From Parcubacteria group bacterium GW2011_GWC1_36_108 (GTDB lineage: Bacteria > Patescibacteriota > Minisyncoccia > Moranbacterales > GWC2-37-73), in the NCBI GenBank assembly GCA_000991245.1, contig LBRD01000005.1:10944-74943 (forward strand): a stretch of 64,000 nt of DNA. Direction: 5' to 3'. A program made the position numbers and the translations under genes. Every line of letters begins with the position of its first letter. Position 1 is the stretch's first letter. This document shows positions 48,789 through 58,133 of the stretch, piece by piece. A model generated the notes under the pieces. That model was not told where the DNA came from. It saw only the letters and a program-made list of their open reading frames with translations, and did no database searches.

Positions 48789-49253
48789 TTAATTATCTTG
48801 TTTTAATGCAACTGCAACTTCTTTGATAACTGTTCTTGAGCCGTCATTACTAAGACGCTCAAGAACTTCTCGATATGTCAGCCAGGCGTAAGCTTTGTTT
48901 TCAAAATCAATTTTTACTTTTTCCGTTTGCGTTTCAGCGGCATAATATACGGCGTTTTTAAAAATATAAATTCCTTTGTTTTGTAAAATTCTTTCTTTTT
49001 TCTCATTACCTTTAGCGGTATAAAAATAATGCACGGATTCGCGAAAATTAGGCAAAATTTCAAGGTCATCAATGCTCGTTTCCTCAAAAACCTCACGTCT
49101 GAGTGTTTGCTCTTCGCTTTCACCATTTTCCATATGCCCTTTTGGAAAATCCCATTGCCAGCTGCGGTATTGCACCAAGAGAAACAAGGTTTTATCCTCG
49201 CTTTTTCTATATATAACGCATCCTACTGATTTTTCAAATGATAAATATTTCAT
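48789..49253 (-). CDS. Nudix hydrolase (Ap4A hydrolase-like)
   Basis: WDFPKGHMENGESEEQTLRREVFEET; start placed at MKYLSF. Confidence 0.9.
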   Translation of the reverse strand: MKYLSFEKSVGCVIYRKSEDKTLFLLVQYRSWQWDFPKGHMENGESEEQTLRREVFEETSIDDLEILPNFRESVHYFYTAKGNEKKERILQNKGIYIFKNAVYYAAETQTEKVKIDFENKAYAWLTYREVLERLSNDGSRTVIKEVAVALKQDN

Positions 49254-49255
49254 TT

Positions 49256-51904
49256 TTATTTTCCACAACAGTTTTTGTATTTTTTGCCGCTTCCACATAA
49301 ACATAGGTCATTTCTGCCGATATTATCCTTTTTGACAAATGGCTTCTGCGCTGCAGCAGCTTCATTGTTGCCAACTTGTTCTTTTGCAGTCTCATTGCTA
49401 AATTGAGCAGGACTATCCTCGGCTCCGTGAAATTGAATATTTTTGGGTGCAGCTTCTTTTTGGACTGAAGGCTCAGCTGAAACCATTGAGACCTTGAAAA
49501 TTGTTCGCACGGTTGTCGAACGCATATTTTCCATCAAATGAGAAAACATATGAAAAGCTTCTCTTTTGTATTCAATAAGAGGGTCGCGTTGTCCATATCC
49601 ACGAAGTCCAATTCCTTGACGCAAATAATCAATTTCATCAAGATGATTCATCCAAAGCGTGTCTATGGTTTGCAAAATAATTGCCTTTTCAATTTGTCTT
49701 AAAGTTTGCGCACCAATCTCTGTTTCCTTTTGGATATATACTTCCTTGGCTTTTCCCATGACATATTCCATCATCAAGGAAATTTTTTCCACAGTGTTTT
49801 TAGATTTGTCATCCCTAATTTGTTCAAGTTTTTTACTGTCATTTTCAGAAAAGGGAAAAATGTTTTGCAATTCGTTTGTGATAGTTTTAATATCCCAAGC
49901 ATATTCTTCTCCGGTGCAGTGCACCGAAATATTACGTTCAACCTCCTCTTCAACATATTGCATAATTTCAGCTTTCACATCATCCGAGGCTAAAATTTCT
50001 TTACGTTTTTTATATACAACTTCACGCTGTTTATTCATCACATCGTCATAATCTAAAACATGTTTTCGAATATCAAAATTGTAACCCTCAATTTTAGATT
50101 GAGCACTTTCAATGGTGCGAGAAATAATAGCATTTTGAATCGGCTGATCTTCTGGCAATCCAAGAGTGTCCATCATACTTTTAAGCCTATCCCCTCCAAA
50201 TCTTCGCATCAACTCATCTTCCAATGACACATAGAATTGTGATGCTCCCGGATCTCCTTGACGACCAGCTCGTCCTCGAAGTTGATTATCGATGCGGCGT
50301 GCTTCATGTCTTTCTGTACCGATAATATAAAGTCCTCCAACTTCTTTAACTCCTTCTCCAAGTTTAATATCAGTTCCACGACCAGCCATGTTTGTTGCAA
50401 TAGTCACCGCGCCAAGTTGTCCAGCGCCTGCAATAATAGCTGCTTCTCTTTCGTGATGTTTAGCATTTAAAACTTCATGCTTTATTCCTTCACGTTCAAG
50501 CAGCGCACTAAGATATTCCGATTTTTCAATAGCAATAGTTCCAACCAAAAATGGCTGACCTTTTTTATGATTTTCTTTGATAAGTTGAGCAATCGCATCA
50601 AATTTTCCCTTTTCAGTTTTATAAACGACATCAGGCAAATCTTTTCTAATCAAAGTTTTGTTTGTTGGAATTTCCATCACATCAATTTTGTAAACTTTTG
50701 CAAATTCTTCAGCACTGGTTGATGCTGTTCCTGTCATTCCGGCCAGCTTTTTATACATTCTGAAATAATTTTGAAAAGTGATTGTCGCCAAGGTGCGAGA
50801 TTCTTTTTGAACTTCAACGCCTTCTTTCGCTTCAATTGCTTGATGAAGACCATCGCTATAACGACGTCCCTCCATAAGTCGTCCTGTAAAATCATCAACA
50901 ATAATAACCTGTCCGTCTTTTACGACATATTCCTTATCAAGTTTAAACAAAACTTCAGCGCGCAGTGATTGCTCCAAATGATGAACGTAATTTATTTTTC
51001 CAAGTTCATAAATGTTGCCAACTCCAAGATCTTTTTCAACTTTTGCAATTCCATTTTCCGTCAGCGTCACGGCTTTCATTTTTTCATCCACTTCATAATC
51101 TTCTTTTTCCCTAAGACGTGGAACAAGTTGAGCAAAGCGTTGATATAATTTTGTTGATTCGCTGTCTGGAGCTGAAATAATAAGCGGGGTGCGAGCCTCA
51201 TCAATCAAAATTGAATCGACTTCATCAACAATAGCGTAATTAAGTTCTCTTTGTGACATTTGCTCCAAACTTTGCACCATATTGTCACGAAGATAATCAA
51301 AACCAAATTCATTGTTTGTTCCATAGGTAATATCACAGGCATAAGCCTCACGCCTGGTTATTTCAATCAAATTTTCCATCTCCACGCTCACTTCGTCGCC
51401 ATCAAAAACTTGCGGTTCATACAAATATGAAACGTCATGCATAATGCACGCAGTTGAAAGTCCAAGAGCGTTATAAATCGAACCCATCCAATTGCAATCG
51501 CGCTTAGCCAGATAATCATTCACTGTCACGACGTGCACACCTTTTCCTTCAATAGCATTAAGATAAATTGGCAAAGTTGATGTTAAAGTTTTTCCTTCGC
51601 CAGTTTTCATTTCCGTTATCGTTCCTTTGTGAAGAGCAATCCCGCCAATCATCTGCACGTCAAAATGTCTCGTTCCGTTTACACGCTTGGCAACTTCTCG
51701 CACCACCGCAAAAGCCTCTGGCAAAATTTCATCGAGGGTTTCTCCTTTGGAAACTCTCTCTTTAAATTCCTTGGCTTTTCCTTTCAAATCTTCATCAGAA
51801 AGAGCAATCATTTTTTCTTCAAAGGAATTGATTTTTGTTACGATCGGTTTAAGTTTATTTATCTCCCGTTCATTTGAACCGAATATTTTGCTGAATAATG
51901 TCAT
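49256..51904 (-). CDS. secA: protein translocase subunit SecA
   Basis: MKTGEGKT, DEVDSILIDEARTPLIIS, NMAGRGTDI, C-terminal SEC-C motif. Confidence 0.99.
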   Translation of the reverse strand: MTLFSKIFGSNEREINKLKPIVTKINSFEEKMIALSDEDLKGKAKEFKERVSKGETLDEILPEAFAVVREVAKRVNGTRHFDVQMIGGIALHKGTITEMKTGEGKTLTSTLPIYLNAIEGKGVHVVTVNDYLAKRDCNWMGSIYNALGLSTACIMHDVSYLYEPQVFDGDEVSVEMENLIEITRREAYACDITYGTNNEFGFDYLRDNMVQSLEQMSQRELNYAIVDEVDSILIDEARTPLIISAPDSESTKLYQRFAQLVPRLREKEDYEVDEKMKAVTLTENGIAKVEKDLGVGNIYELGKINYVHHLEQSLRAEVLFKLDKEYVVKDGQVIIVDDFTGRLMEGRRYSDGLHQAIEAKEGVEVQKESRTLATITFQNYFRMYKKLAGMTGTASTSAEEFAKVYKIDVMEIPTNKTLIRKDLPDVVYKTEKGKFDAIAQLIKENHKKGQPFLVGTIAIEKSEYLSALLEREGIKHEVLNAKHHEREAAIIAGAGQLGAVTIATNMAGRGTDIKLGEGVKEVGGLYIIGTERHEARRIDNQLRGRAGRQGDPGASQFYVSLEDELMRRFGGDRLKSMMDTLGLPEDQPIQNAIISRTIESAQSKIEGYNFDIRKHVLDYDDVMNKQREVVYKKRKEILASDDVKAEIMQYVEEEVERNISVHCTGEEYAWDIKTITNELQNIFPFSENDSKKLEQIRDDKSKNTVEKISLMMEYVMGKAKEVYIQKETEIGAQTLRQIEKAIILQTIDTLWMNHLDEIDYLRQGIGLRGYGQRDPLIEYKREAFHMFSHLMENMRSTTVRTIFKVSMVSAEPSVQKEAAPKNIQFHGAEDSPAQFSNETAKEQVGNNEAAAAQKPFVKKDNIGRNDLCLCGSGKKYKNCCGK

Positions 51905-51921
51905 AAAAATTAGTTTAAAAG

Positions 51922-51973
51922 TTTACCCCGTGAAATTGCTTCGCACCAGCAAAGCTGGATTTCACTGGGTAAA
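51922..51973. repeat. palindromic element family B, short copy upstream of secA
   Basis: TTTACCCCGTGAAAT...ATTTCACTGGGTAAA. Confidence 0.8.
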
Positions 51974-52124
51974 TAAAGTTATAAAGTTCATAAGGCAAAT
52001 TGAACACAAACCAAAACCCTATTTTATAGGGCTAACATTTTATACGTCTTTAGTGTTTGTTTCTTTGCTTATTCTATATCAAAAAACCCCTCCCGTAAAG
52101 GAAGGGTCTGGTTTGTAAAATTTG

Positions 52125-52643
52125 CTAAAATGATTGCAGCACGATTGATCCATCGGGGGCGACGTCGGTGCAGGTTCCGCGTAGGAATGCTTTTTTTCCA
52201 ATAGTAAGCATTGTTTTGATTTTATCAGCAATTTGACTGTCTGATTTCACAATCACACGCACGGGATATGCGGCGTCATTGTCCAAATTACCTTTGGCAT
52301 ATGTGCCCCCGGTTGGAATGCCCTCTATGATTTGCACACTCCAAAACAAATTTGTGTTGGGTGTCATTGTTTTGTTTTTGCATTGTTCCCATTGCGATCT
52401 AATAAGTTTTTTTCTTTCTTCAGAAGTTTCTTGCACAGCTGGAGCTTTCTTTGGCTCAACAGTTTTGCTTTGACTTGGATTTGCAACTGTAGGGTTTAAA
52501 GATTTTACCTCAGCGCTTGCTTGAATCGTTTTGGGAGCAACAGCAACAGGGGCAGGTTTTTTCTTAGCAAAAAGAAGAAATGCTCCAGAAACAACTCCCA
52601 AAAAAATAACAAAACCTAGGACGATTTTTATTTTTGTATCCAT
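52125..52643 (-). CDS. single-TM exported hypothetical protein
   Basis: N-terminal TM, P/A-rich linker, two Cys. Confidence 0.75.
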   Translation of the reverse strand: MDTKIKIVLGFVIFLGVVSGAFLLFAKKKPAPVAVAPKTIQASAEVKSLNPTVANPSQSKTVEPKKAPAVQETSEERKKLIRSQWEQCKNKTMTPNTNLFWSVQIIEGIPTGGTYAKGNLDNDAAYPVRVIVKSDSQIADKIKTMLTIGKKAFLRGTCTDVAPDGSIVLQSF

Positions 52644-52648
52644 TTTTC

Positions 52649-52691
52649 TTGCCCCGTTAAATTGCGGTAATCCGCACTATTTAACTGGGGT
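52649..52691. repeat. palindromic element family B, short copy
   Basis: TTGCCCCGTTAAAT-TGCGGTAATCCGCA-CTATTTAACTGGGGT. Confidence 0.88.
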
Positions 52692-52802
52692 TGCTTTTTA
52701 AAAAATTACTATTTTTTAATGATTACATTATACCACAAAAAACAAAAGAAAGCTTTTCGACTTTCTTTTGTTTAATACAAAGTTAATTGAATCTGTTTTA
52801 TA

Positions 52803-52871
52803 TCATTCCCGTGAAAACGGGAATCCAGGGCTAGGCATAACTCTGGATCCCCAGTCAAGCTGAGGATGACA
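52803..52871. repeat. paired dRS3-like REP
   Basis: TCATTCCC-GTGAAAAC-GGGAATCCAG...CTGGATCCCCAGTCAAGCTGAGGATGACA. Confidence 0.8.
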
Positions 52872-52946
52872 AGATGCCATTATAATTAAGTTAACCAAAC
52901 AAGGAATATTGCTTAATACTCTTACAATTGCGTAAGTTTTTATAAC

Positions 52947-53309
52947 CTAGAAACGTGCGCTTTCATCAAGCACGACTTTCTTTTTAAGTGAAATTGCACC
53001 TCGTTTTTTTAGTGTTCTAAGTTTATCTTTAAGATGTGTAACTTGCGCTTGCAATTCATCAACAACCATATCAATTGAAGCTTCGATGCTCTCAGTGGTG
53101 TTGTCAGCACGAAACATATTGCGAGGAGTGTGCAGCATAACTTCTACACGAAATTTTCCTTTTTTGTCCAAATCAATCTCAACTTCACTCTTCATAATAT
53201 TATCAACAAACTTATCCAGCGTGCTAAGTCTCTTTTCGATGTATTCCTTAGTAGTCACGTCGATCTCAACTCCCTTGAAAAAAAATCTCATGTTTTCTGT
53301 TGTGCTCAT
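52947..53309 (-). CDS. hpf: ribosome hibernation factor HPF/RaiA
   Basis: KEYIEKRLSTLDKF, ASIDMVVDELQAQV.HLKDKLR. Confidence 0.88.
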   Translation of the reverse strand: MSTTENMRFFFKGVEIDVTTKEYIEKRLSTLDKFVDNIMKSEVEIDLDKKGKFRVEVMLHTPRNMFRADNTTESIEASIDMVVDELQAQVTHLKDKLRTLKKRGAISLKKKVVLDESARF

Positions 53310-53351
53310 ACGGTTTTTTATATTAATAATTAAATTACAATTTTTTTATTT

Positions 53352-53399
53352 TTCGCATATTTGCGTCATTCGCATCCATTCGCGTATTCATATAATCGT
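53352..53399. repeat. ~9-mer repeats (ATTCGCRT)n
   Basis: TTCGCATA TTTGCGTCA TTCGCATCCA TTCGCGTA TTCATATA. Confidence 0.65.
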
Positions 53400-53400
53400 C

Positions 53401-54330
53401 TCAAAATCCCAAATAATTCACTTCCTCTGTCAGTTGAATTCCAAACTGATCTCGCACTTGTTGTTTAACAAAACTCACCAGCATTATAACATCCGAAGCT
53501 GTTGCCTCGCCAGCATTGATAATATAGTTTGCATGTTTTTCACTGACTTGCGCTCCGCCGATTTGTTTTCCCAAAAGTCCTGCCTGCTCAATAACCCAAC
53601 CTGCTGGCAAAGTTTTATTTCTCACGGGAACGCCTTTTTCTTTTTCAAATTCCTGACACAATTTTTCATTTTCAACCACCGGATTCATAAAATATGAACC
53701 GGCGCTTTTGGTTCCATTTAATCCCCTTGCCGATCTCGTCATTATAGTTTCTGTAACAATTTTTTGAACTTCTGCAATATCACCTTTTTGCAAAGCAAGT
53801 GTAGTTGAAATAACTATCAAATTTTTATTTTCTTTAAAAATACTTGTTCTGTATGCAAAATTACATTGCTCATTTTCAAAAGAAACTAATTCCATTTTTT
53901 CAGTGTCATATGCTGTCACAGTCTTGATACAAGATTTTATTTCTACTGAAAAAGCACCGGCATTTCCTCTCACAGCACCACCAACTGTTCCAGGAATTCC
54001 AGCTAATTTTTCCAAACCGGAAAGCCCCTGACCAGATGTCGTATTTACAATTTTAATAAGAGGTACTCCAGATTGAACCTCAATCATTTCGCCATCAATA
54101 GAAATTTCATTCATCTTTATCTTAATGATAAGACCATCAAAACCATCATCACTAACAAGCAAATTTGTTCCGCCACCCAAAATATAAAAATCTATTTTTT
54201 TGTCTTTAGCAAATTCTAATGCTTCTTTCAGTTCTTCAACCGAAAAAACTTCCGCATAAAATTTTGCATCTCCCCCAATGCGAAACGAAGTAAACGGTGC
54301 TAATGAGATATTTTCTTTTATTTCTATCAT
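53401..54330 (-). CDS. murB: UDP-N-acetylmuramate dehydrogenase MurB
   Basis: FTSFRIGG, LGGGTNLL, GIPGTVGGAVRGNAGA, SAGSYFMNP, HANYIIN; start placed at MIEIKEN (54330). Confidence 0.97.
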   Translation of the reverse strand: MIEIKENISLAPFTSFRIGGDAKFYAEVFSVEELKEALEFAKDKKIDFYILGGGTNLLVSDDGFDGLIIKIKMNEISIDGEMIEVQSGVPLIKIVNTTSGQGLSGLEKLAGIPGTVGGAVRGNAGAFSVEIKSCIKTVTAYDTEKMELVSFENEQCNFAYRTSIFKENKNLIVISTTLALQKGDIAEVQKIVTETIMTRSARGLNGTKSAGSYFMNPVVENEKLCQEFEKEKGVPVRNKTLPAGWVIEQAGLLGKQIGGAQVSEKHANYIINAGEATASDVIMLVSFVKQQVRDQFGIQLTEEVNYLGF

Positions 54331-54349
54331 GATTTTTTTATTTAAATTA

Positions 54350-57073
54350 TTATCTCTTGGCTTCGGCTTTTCTCCCTTCTTCAAAAACAAACACTGCAAC
54401 CATGGCGACAAACACTGCCACCCAATCTTGCCACATAATTGGTGCCATATGCAAATATTTTTGCAAAAATGGTAGATACATAAACAAAAGAAGCATTGCA
54501 GTAGAAATAACAGCAGCACCGATAGCATATTTGTTTTTGAAAAAACCGATTGTAAAAACTGAAAGTGTTTCACTGCGAGCTTGCATCAAGTTGACCATCT
54601 GAGTCATTGCAAGCACTGCATATGCCACTGTTGTTGACCTAATATATAATACGCTATTGGGATCAATTTTATTACCAAAATCCCAGCCTCCTCTTTTCAT
54701 TGAAAGAATAAACGCAATCACGGCGCCAGTTGCCATAATAAGACCCACCCGCAGCAATCGCCACACACCAGCTGAATCAATGACTTTTTCTTTTGCGCTA
54801 AATGGTTTTCTTTTCATCACATTTGGTTCTGATGGTTCCAAGCCGAGTGAAAAAGAAGGGAAGATGTCAGTTCCGAGATCAATAGCCAGAATTTGCACTG
54901 CTGTTATTGGCACAGGTATTTGCAATAAAACTCCAATGATTACAGTGAAAAATTCACTCACATTTGAAGTAAAAACATAGTATACAAATTTTCTCAAATT
55001 TTGATAGATGGTTCTTCCCTCTTTTATTGCTCGCACAATTGAAGCAAAGTTATCATCAAGCAAAATCATATCAGAAGCTTCTTTTGCCACATCCGTTCCA
55101 ATGACCCCCATTGCAACTCCAATATCAGCTCGCTTCAGTGCGGGTGCATCATTCACGCCATCTCCCGTCATTGCAATAACAGCGCCACTTTTTTTAAGTA
55201 AAGTTGCAATACGCAATTTTTGCTCTGGAGCAATTCGCGCAAAAGCCACCTCTTTTTCCAAAATTTTTGCAATCAATTCGTCGTCAGATAGCAAATCGAG
55301 CGCTCTTCCGTTTATAACTTCGGCGTTTGTTGATTTTAAAAGTCCAACCTTTTTGGCTATAGCCTCTGCAGTAATTTCATAATCCCCCGTTATCATAATC
55401 ACTTTTATTCCTGATTTGATGCACTCTTCAATTGCGCTGCGCACGTCGGCGCGTGGAGGATCAATCATTCCCATCATTCCAACCCAAACCAAATCCTTTT
55501 CAGCTTCCAAGGAAAACTTATCCCGAGCAACATCATCCAAATCTCTTTGAGCAAAAGCCAAGACTCGGAGTGCCTGTTTGCTCATTGCGTCATAACTACT
55601 TTTGGCTTTCTGTTTTTCTGCAGGAGTAAATGGAATTATTTGATCGCCGACAAGTTTGTGTGTGCAAAGATCAAGCAAAACGTCCGGCGAACCTTTTACA
55701 AATGATGTTTTTTTGCCAGAAATATTATTAGAATACACAACACTCATCCTCATCCGATCAGAAGAAAAAGGATTTTCATCAATTTTTTCCCAACCATTTC
55801 GAAAAAAATCAGTTTCGTTTTGATATTTTTTTGCTACCACCAGCAATGCAGCTTCGGTCGGATCTCCGGTAATAGAAATTAATCCATTTTTTTCCATCAG
55901 ACCACTATCATTACAAAGCGTTCCAATTCGAAACAATGTTTCAAGTTGAGAATATTTTTTAACATCAATTTTTCGTCCAAAGGAATAAAAATCTCCTTTT
56001 TCCTGATAACCTTCGCCATCCACAGTCAATTCATCATCGCCCACAATAATATTTGTGACCATTAGTTCATTGCGCGTGATTGTGCCGGTTTTGTCCGAGC
56101 AAATTATAGAAACGGAAGCAAGTGTTTCCACGGCGTTTAATTTTTTGGCCAGCACATTATATTTTAAAAGTTTTTTCATTCCAAGCGAAAGAGCCACAGA
56201 AATAGCCGCGGGAAGACCCTCTGGCACAACAGAAACAGCCAAAGCAAATGCAAAGAGAAAATTTTCATACAATGATATTTCGCTATAATATCCAGCTATC
56301 ATAACCAGCGTGCCGATAAGGACTGCCAGAATTGAAACATCTCGACCAAGAGTTCGCATTTGTTTTTGAAGTGGAGTTTCCTCTTCCTTAACTTCACTGA
56401 CCATATGCGCAATATTTCCAAGCTGGGTTTTCATCCCCGTACCCGTCACTAAAACAGTAGCGCTTCCTCTAGTGAGTGACGTTCCCATAAAAATCATATT
56501 ATCCATATCCGCCAATACTAAACCTTGCTCAGTAATTGCTCCTGAATTTTTTCTACTAGACTTAGATTCTCCGGTAAAAATAAACTCATTAGCGTAAACA
56601 TCATAACTTTCCAGCAAATATCCATCAGCTGCCACAGAATCTCCAGAAGTTAGCACAATAATATCTCCCGGAACAAGAAAAGAAGCGTCGATTTCTTGTC
56701 GCTGTCCGTCACGCAAAACAATTGCTTTGTCTGATGCTAAGCGGCGGATGTTTTCCAGAGTACGCTCTGCTTTATATTCTTGAAAAAAACCAATGGTTGC
56801 ATTAATACTGATGATCAAGAAAATTATCGTCATATCGCGATATTCCCCAAACAAAAAAGCCAGAACGCCAGCCACTAGCAAAATCCAAACTAACGCGTCA
56901 TTAAATTGATTTAGTAAAAGTGAAAACCAACTCCAAGATTGTTTTTTCTGCACTGCATTTTTTCCATATTTTTTCAATCTTTCTTCCGCTTCCTTACTGG
57001 TCAACCCCGAAACAGTCGCCGAAAATTTCTCCAAAACTTCCTGCTCGGTCAAATTGTATATTTGTTTTTCCAT
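54350..57073 (-). CDS. P-type cation ATPase (type II, Ca2+-like)
   Basis: TGES, PEGLP, DKTGT, KGSPD, MTGDGVNDAPAL. Confidence 0.96.
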   Translation of the reverse strand: MEKQIYNLTEQEVLEKFSATVSGLTSKEAEERLKKYGKNAVQKKQSWSWFSLLLNQFNDALVWILLVAGVLAFLFGEYRDMTIIFLIISINATIGFFQEYKAERTLENIRRLASDKAIVLRDGQRQEIDASFLVPGDIIVLTSGDSVAADGYLLESYDVYANEFIFTGESKSSRKNSGAITEQGLVLADMDNMIFMGTSLTRGSATVLVTGTGMKTQLGNIAHMVSEVKEEETPLQKQMRTLGRDVSILAVLIGTLVMIAGYYSEISLYENFLFAFALAVSVVPEGLPAAISVALSLGMKKLLKYNVLAKKLNAVETLASVSIICSDKTGTITRNELMVTNIIVGDDELTVDGEGYQEKGDFYSFGRKIDVKKYSQLETLFRIGTLCNDSGLMEKNGLISITGDPTEAALLVVAKKYQNETDFFRNGWEKIDENPFSSDRMRMSVVYSNNISGKKTSFVKGSPDVLLDLCTHKLVGDQIIPFTPAEKQKAKSSYDAMSKQALRVLAFAQRDLDDVARDKFSLEAEKDLVWVGMMGMIDPPRADVRSAIEECIKSGIKVIMITGDYEITAEAIAKKVGLLKSTNAEVINGRALDLLSDDELIAKILEKEVAFARIAPEQKLRIATLLKKSGAVIAMTGDGVNDAPALKRADIGVAMGVIGTDVAKEASDMILLDDNFASIVRAIKEGRTIYQNLRKFVYYVFTSNVSEFFTVIIGVLLQIPVPITAVQILAIDLGTDIFPSFSLGLEPSEPNVMKRKPFSAKEKVIDSAGVWRLLRVGLIMATGAVIAFILSMKRGGWDFGNKIDPNSVLYIRSTTVAYAVLAMTQMVNLMQARSETLSVFTIGFFKNKYAIGAAVISTAMLLLFMYLPFLQKYLHMAPIMWQDWVAVFVAMVAVFVFEEGRKAEAKR

Positions 57074-57140
57074 TTGAAATAATTTAAAAAGATTTGTTTT
57101 TATTGATTTAATTATACCTTTAATAAATCATTTTTTCTAC

Positions 57141-57227
57141 TTGACATTTAGGCAAAATAGGAGTATAATATGAAAATGGTGCCAAACCATAACTAAAAAG
57201 CTTCCAGAGCAATCTGAAAGCTTTTTT
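57141..57227 (+). promoter_or_regulatory. consensus promoter immediately followed by a terminator, with no gene between
   Basis: TTGACA (57141), 17 bp, TATAAT (57164); hairpin AAAAAGCTT.CAGA..TCTG.AAGCTTTTTT at 57195-57227. Confidence 0.65.
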
Positions 57228-57244
57228 ATTTAATTTGCCCAATA

Positions 57245-58030
57245 TTAAAGCAATCTTGCTGTTAGGTGCCCTATTCCATAGGGGGCTTCGTAACTTAATA
57301 GTTCAAAATTATATTTTTTTTCATGCAAAATTCCCAAGAGGATTACAATTGAGCGCAGGCCGCATTCTGCAGCTTCAGCAATGGTTTGCTCTTCCATATT
57401 CATCAAGCTTACCAAGTCTCCACTTCCCAAAAAGCGTATCACTGAATGATCAAATGCTTCAGCGCTTGGAGAAAAACCTGCGGGCGCATTTGGAGTAAGC
57501 TTATGAGAAAGATCTGCACTGGCAATAACAGCCACTCTCGGGCTTTTTGGATTGTCTAAAACTTTTTGGATAATTTCGCCATAACGATAATGGCGATCAT
57601 AATTCATAAGAGAAAAAGAAAGATGCACAATCCTTGGTTTAATGTTTTTTGTAAGATGATAAAGAGGGATAATAGCACCGTGATCCAAAAAACCAGGATG
57701 GAGTTTTGCCGGAAACTCTTCACTCATAAGACAGTTGTATGCTATTTTGTCAGCAATTTCAATATTGTTTTTATAACTAACAACTTCATCGTCGCCAAAT
57801 TGTGCAAGACTTCCCTTTAATTCACTTTCTGAATTAATAACAAAAGCATATGGCTCCAAATAAGCATGCGGAGAAATAACAATTATCGTGTCAGGATCAG
57901 CTGCTTCCAAGCCAAGTCGAAGAGACTCAAGAGCATTGAGTGTTTTTTCAAGAAGCTTTAAATCATCAGCATTTCCGATGCTAGGAATGCTTGTTGGTGG
58001 ATGCGGAACAATTGCAGAAAATACAATCAT
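57245..58030 (-). CDS. MEMO1/LigB-like protein (AmmeMemoRadiSam protein B type)
   Basis: VPHPP, VISPH, LDHGAIIPL, IASADLSH, ECGLRS, YEAPYGIG. Confidence 0.88.
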   Translation of the reverse strand: MIVFSAIVPHPPTSIPSIGNADDLKLLEKTLNALESLRLGLEAADPDTIIVISPHAYLEPYAFVINSESELKGSLAQFGDDEVVSYKNNIEIADKIAYNCLMSEEFPAKLHPGFLDHGAIIPLYHLTKNIKPRIVHLSFSLMNYDRHYRYGEIIQKVLDNPKSPRVAVIASADLSHKLTPNAPAGFSPSAEAFDHSVIRFLGSGDLVSLMNMEEQTIAEAAECGLRSIVILLGILHEKKYNFELLSYEAPYGIGHLTARLL

Positions 58031-58035
58031 ATTTC

Positions 58036-58078
58036 TTGCCCCGTTAAATTGTGGTAATCCACACTATTTAACTGGGGT
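58036..58078. repeat. palindromic element family B, short copy
   Basis: TTGCCCCGTTAAAT-TGTGGTAATCCACA-CTATTTAACTGGGGT. Confidence 0.88.
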
Positions 58079-58133
58079 TGTCTTAAATGTCAGCAAAGAT
58101 AGTACAAACGGGTGCTTATTAATATTACTATTT

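Noticed and set aside
54331-54573. N-terminal extensions in the ORF track for murB (also dnaK 16904-16948 and Nudix 49254-49304)
   Set aside because: They overlap upstream genes or repeats; the family N-termini begin at the downstream ATGs.
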